DNA of 64,000 nucleotides, filler included, from an uncultured bacterium (GTDB lineage: Bacteria; Auribacterota; CAZIXI01): NCBI GenBank assembly GCA_964543115.1. It is 6 parts of 6 records of this genome, joined end to end, with 100 filler letters (N's around TTAATTAATTAA, not from the genome) between each part and the next. Parts side by side here need not be neighbours in the genome. Positions count along the whole stretch, not along the records: positions 57,595 to 64,000 come from CAZIXI010000200.1; 5 more parts are not named here. One strand, 5' to 3'. Shown in pieces: positions 60,501 through 64,000 of this stretch. Position 1 is the stretch's first letter. Each line of letters begins with the position of its first letter. The notes beneath the pieces are model-generated. The model ran no database searches. It saw nothing but the letters and a program-made list of their open reading frames with translations, and had not been told where the DNA came from. The position numbers were made by a program, and so were the translations under genes.

Positions 60501-63500
60501 AACGAACGGCCGAAAGTATCGCCAACAAGCTTGTATTCCGTTCGTCTTCCCACTTCTACCGGATTACCTTCGGTATCCGGCTGATAAAGAATTACCTCTG
60601 CCGCCACCACCTGGGGATTGTAATCATCACCGTTATATTCAACAAATTTTCTGAATACCCCGTCATAACGGCGCAGATCCCGCAATGCATCCCGCAACGA
60701 CCCGCTCAGCGGCCTGCCGGTAACCGCATCAAGAGGTATCCTGGTTTTCATTACCAATTGTCCCTGATGATACAGATCCACTTCTGTTACATCATGTGAT
60801 ATCTCCGAACTATAGGTATAACGCGCCTCCCAGGCAAAACTAGCGCTATCCGGATCATAACTCTCTACCCGGCGTCTCTGCGAAATGGCGGTTGGCGTAT
60901 ACCACCAGTAACCATTAACATAACCATTTGGTTCAGTCACCTCTACCTGCACCAAACCCTCATCGTCAACTATACCGGTGGCCCGTAGATGATAGAGCAC
61001 CTGATTCTCCCGGCTGTAGACAATGGCTGATTTGGCATATTCCCTGCCGGGATAGAATTCTGTATTCAAGATCTTCTCTCCACCGGGCTGTTTAACCAGT
61101 ATCACCCGGCCAAGAAAATCACCCGCCAACATATAAGCGGTAAATTGCTCCCCCATCTCCGGCTGAATCAGTATCTGCTGTAAAACCGTACCTTCATTAA
61201 TACCCGCCTCTGTCAGCATCTCCGCCGTCAATACTTCTCCTGCCCGGACAAAATCCCGCGTGTAACGTGTCTGCACTAACTGTCCCTGATATTTTTGTCT
61301 GCTGGTCATCTCTTCATGATCATAACTGCCCTGCCAATCGCCATTTGCCGAGCGCTCATGCGCCTTACGTTTAAACGGATCATCAGGCAGGTAATATTCG
61401 TATTTGAGCACCTTACCGGTTTCCATTTCCACCAGCACTACCTCTGTATTTCCCTGATCGTCTTTTCCCCCCGTAGCAACCAACAACAGTTTGGCTTCAC
61501 CGGTTTGATCCCGGAAAATGCTCCAGCCGGGCACACCGTCTTCCGGCCGAATGGTAAGAATACTGTTTTCCTCTTCACCAACCGCAGCCAGTAAGTTCCA
61601 TTCATTTCCTCCTTCCCCGCGTACAAAACTAAATGCCGGCAACACCGTCTGCCGCTCTGCCTGCAGCACTGCTGCCAGCCGCTGCTGAAACTGCTCCAAT
61701 TGCCCCGCAACCGCGAAGAATTCCTGCTTGGCAAAATACTGCTGCTTATCGCGTTCTTCAATAAACCGCTCCGTCAACACCGGCAGCAACTGTTCCAGTC
61801 GCTGCCAGATACTGATCTCGCCATGATCTTCCCACGGCACCCCTAATCCCGCCTCCACTAACAACTGCAGTTCATCGACTTTCTTCTGCATCTCTGCGGT
61901 AATCTCTTTCCCGGCACCACTGGCCACCGCCTGCTCCCGCACAACCATTTCCCTTAAATAATTTACCACCGGCACCAGCTCAGGCAGCACCCGCTCCAAC
62001 TGCGCGGCCAGCCGTTGCAGCCGGCTGATTATCTGCTCATAATCTTCCTCTGCTATTAATTCTGCTAATAGCGCCAACTCCGTTTCTATCAATAAATAGG
62101 TATTAAATTCATCCCGCGCCTCCTGCAGGCTCATCCGGTTACTGTAAAAACAATCCCAGAGGGCATTGCGCAATGCCGCTAGTTGTTCTATTGCCGCTTC
62201 CAATTCCGCCGGATCATTTTGCGCCTGCCGCAGCTGATAACGCTGCAATTGCGAAATAAAGTTTAATAAAAGCAGTTTATCGGCATTTTCATAAGCAGTT
62301 AGATCCTCTTCCTGTAAAATGGTAAACACCTCTGCCAGATTATCCTCATCATACTCCAGTTCTGGATAAAGCTGTGTCCACAACAGCTGGATCTGCGCCT
62401 CTGTCTCAGCAATCATTTCCGTATAATCCTCTGCTATTGCCTGCGGCGCCAGTAAAACAGTTATCACTTCTCCGTCCGCACTATCACCCTCATAATTTTC
62501 AATCACTTCCCCGTTAGGAAAATGCACCGCCAGCACCTTTTCCGGATCCCGCTGGTCACGCACAATTTCATAACTATAACTCAGGCCGCGCGCTGTATAC
62601 TCGGTTACCCGGGTGGGCAGATCCGCCGCTTCGCTAACGGAACTAGCAGCAAGATTTCTTCCCTGATATGTTCTGCTGCTTACCTTTTTCTCTCCTCCTT
62701 CTCTCTCATATTCATAAACGGTACGCAGATCTTCAATCTGCACCTCAACCGGCTCACCAAATTCATCCAGCTGCACCCGTTTTTCCGCCTTCACCTCGCC
62801 AATCACTCCCAGCCACACCGGCAAGAGATATTTATTCTCCGGCCGCCGGTATTGATTAAATTCCACCAGTTCACCTTTTTCCGTCACTCCGCTGATATCC
62901 TGCTTATACACTGCCCGTGCGCCCCGCTGGTATTCCGTTACCCGCAAAACCGTTCTGCCGCGTTCATCAATCTCCGTGCGGGCAACACTAACCACCTCAC
63001 CGGTATTAATATCAAAGGTTATTGTATCCGTAGCGGCAAACTCGTATCCCGGCTCATTGCGTTTTTTGAAACGTACACTGCCGTCATAACATTTAACGGT
63101 TACCGTACCTCTAGCCTCATCCCAGATAACACTTTTTTCCTTATCCGGTGCTACCCGGCCGCTGTAACTGTCTGTATGCAGCAGCAGCCAGATCGCTTCG
63201 GCATTCTTCAGCAAGAGACCGATTTCACCGTTCCACATCTGCAGCCGCGGCAGTCCGCGGAAATCACTCATGAAATAAGGGATCAGCTGCCGGTCAGCTT
63301 CCTGGGCATACTGCTCAATTGAGGGTTTAATCAGCGCGGCAATCTCAAAATATTCCAATAATTGTTCCAGATCACTCCAGAAGTGCCCGCTAGCCGGCGC
63401 CACCGGGCCGATCTTGGCAACAAAATAGAAAAGTATCTGTAATATTTCCTTTCGCTCGGCATCATTGGCCTTATGATAAGAGGTATCCCAATAATAACTG

Positions 63501-63934
63501 TCAAAAACCTTTTGAAAATTACTATCCGCTAAAATTCTGGCGGCTATTTCCAGATCCGCCAGATATTCTTTGGCGCTAGCATAACCCACACTGTCTGCCT
63601 GCTGATCTTCATTGTAACCATTTCTGCTTTCGCCAAGCCAAAGACTGGCGGTACCAAAGAGAAATTCCCGTAAATCATTGTCAGCCCCGGTTTTGCCGAT
63701 GCGGAACAGCTGACAGAACTCACTGCTCTGCAATAATTCCTGGATCTCGCGCAGGTCCTCAAAGTAATAGCCAATAGCGGTCTTGATTTCCACAGATGAT
63801 GCCGGCGCCACCTCCTCACACCCCTCCGCTTCTCTGCGTTCATAGGCATCCTTTAGGCTATAGGCCATGCTAAACAACACATCGCCGATAATTTTATGGT
63901 CAGGATTCCCCGCATCAATGTAGCGCTCTCCCGG
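57595..63934 (-). CDS. Second giant RHS/YD-like repeat protein (3'-partial), paralog of 34608-46009; bounded upstream by an in-frame TAG at 63935-63937
   Basis: Shares YFEDLREIQELL..EF ~ YFENIGEAVKLL..DF, NLKTGLVWQEIRD..GRVLARYDG ~ NLKTHLVWQELRN..EVLTRYDG, and NKGRLEKEFDG...GDFVYR ~ NKGRLVEEYDG...GDFIYR. Confidence 0.85.
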
Positions 63935-64000
63935 CTAAGATACAACCGAACCATCATTAAACAGCCGGGCGATCACACTCCTTACTGCCAGATCATTATT

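Noticed and set aside
62522..63322. Long antisense or alternative-frame ORFs overlapping the giants (e.g. 62522-63322, 35141-35701, 33683-34258, 31027-31650, 55508-55996)
   Set aside because: They are shadow ORFs of long real genes, with no RBS, no recognisable motifs and atypical composition.
11391..63937. Genome-wide TAG reassignment (e.g. TAG=Gln)
   Set aside because: TAG acts as a normal stop for truA (55314-16), leuC, the lipoate ligase gene and the ERSV protein, all at expected lengths or tails.
1..64000. Apparent clustering of all giant genes as one island
   Set aside because: The pieces are separate contigs ordered by size. Only within-contig adjacency (for example 23088-34507) is real.

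Overview
This is not one continuous locus. It is six unrelated contig pieces of about 11.4 kb each, in decreasing size order, joined by artificial 100-nt linkers (N-run + TTAATTAATTAA + N-run), so gene order across linkers is meaningless. About three quarters of the window encodes seven large to giant non-housekeeping proteins: an all-helical protein of >3,765 aa built from ~1,000-aa repeats, a 2,395-aa TPR protein, three multidomain proteins carrying diverged enzyme domains (HExxH plus SAM-methyltransferase; alpha-glucan phosphorylase/glycogen synthase-like; GHMP-kinase-like), and two paralogous RHS/YD-like giants. The rest is housekeeping: ABC-type permease, ispH, ogt and a lipoate ligase-family gene on one contig; a histidine kinase, REC-HD-GYP protein, receiver-less sigma54 activator, leuC-leuD-leuB-asd-truA and dnaK on another. 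The gene content resembles Candidatus Omnitrophota, a lineage known for giant genes; this is an inference only. Best candidate for an undescribed system: otherwise unrelated large proteins share a signal peptide followed by LAPxS (3 of 3 with a visible N-terminus on contigs 2-3) and a terminal ExSV-stop (3 of 3 intact C-termini), suggesting a common export or sorting pathway for enzyme-domain cargo. Other notable signals are two single in-frame TAG codons inside giant genes (one exactly at a Gln conserved in the other repeats) and a sigma54 promoter with a TGT-N10-ACA enhancer-like site upstream of dnaK. All domain calls are by motif recognition by eye; no database searches were run.
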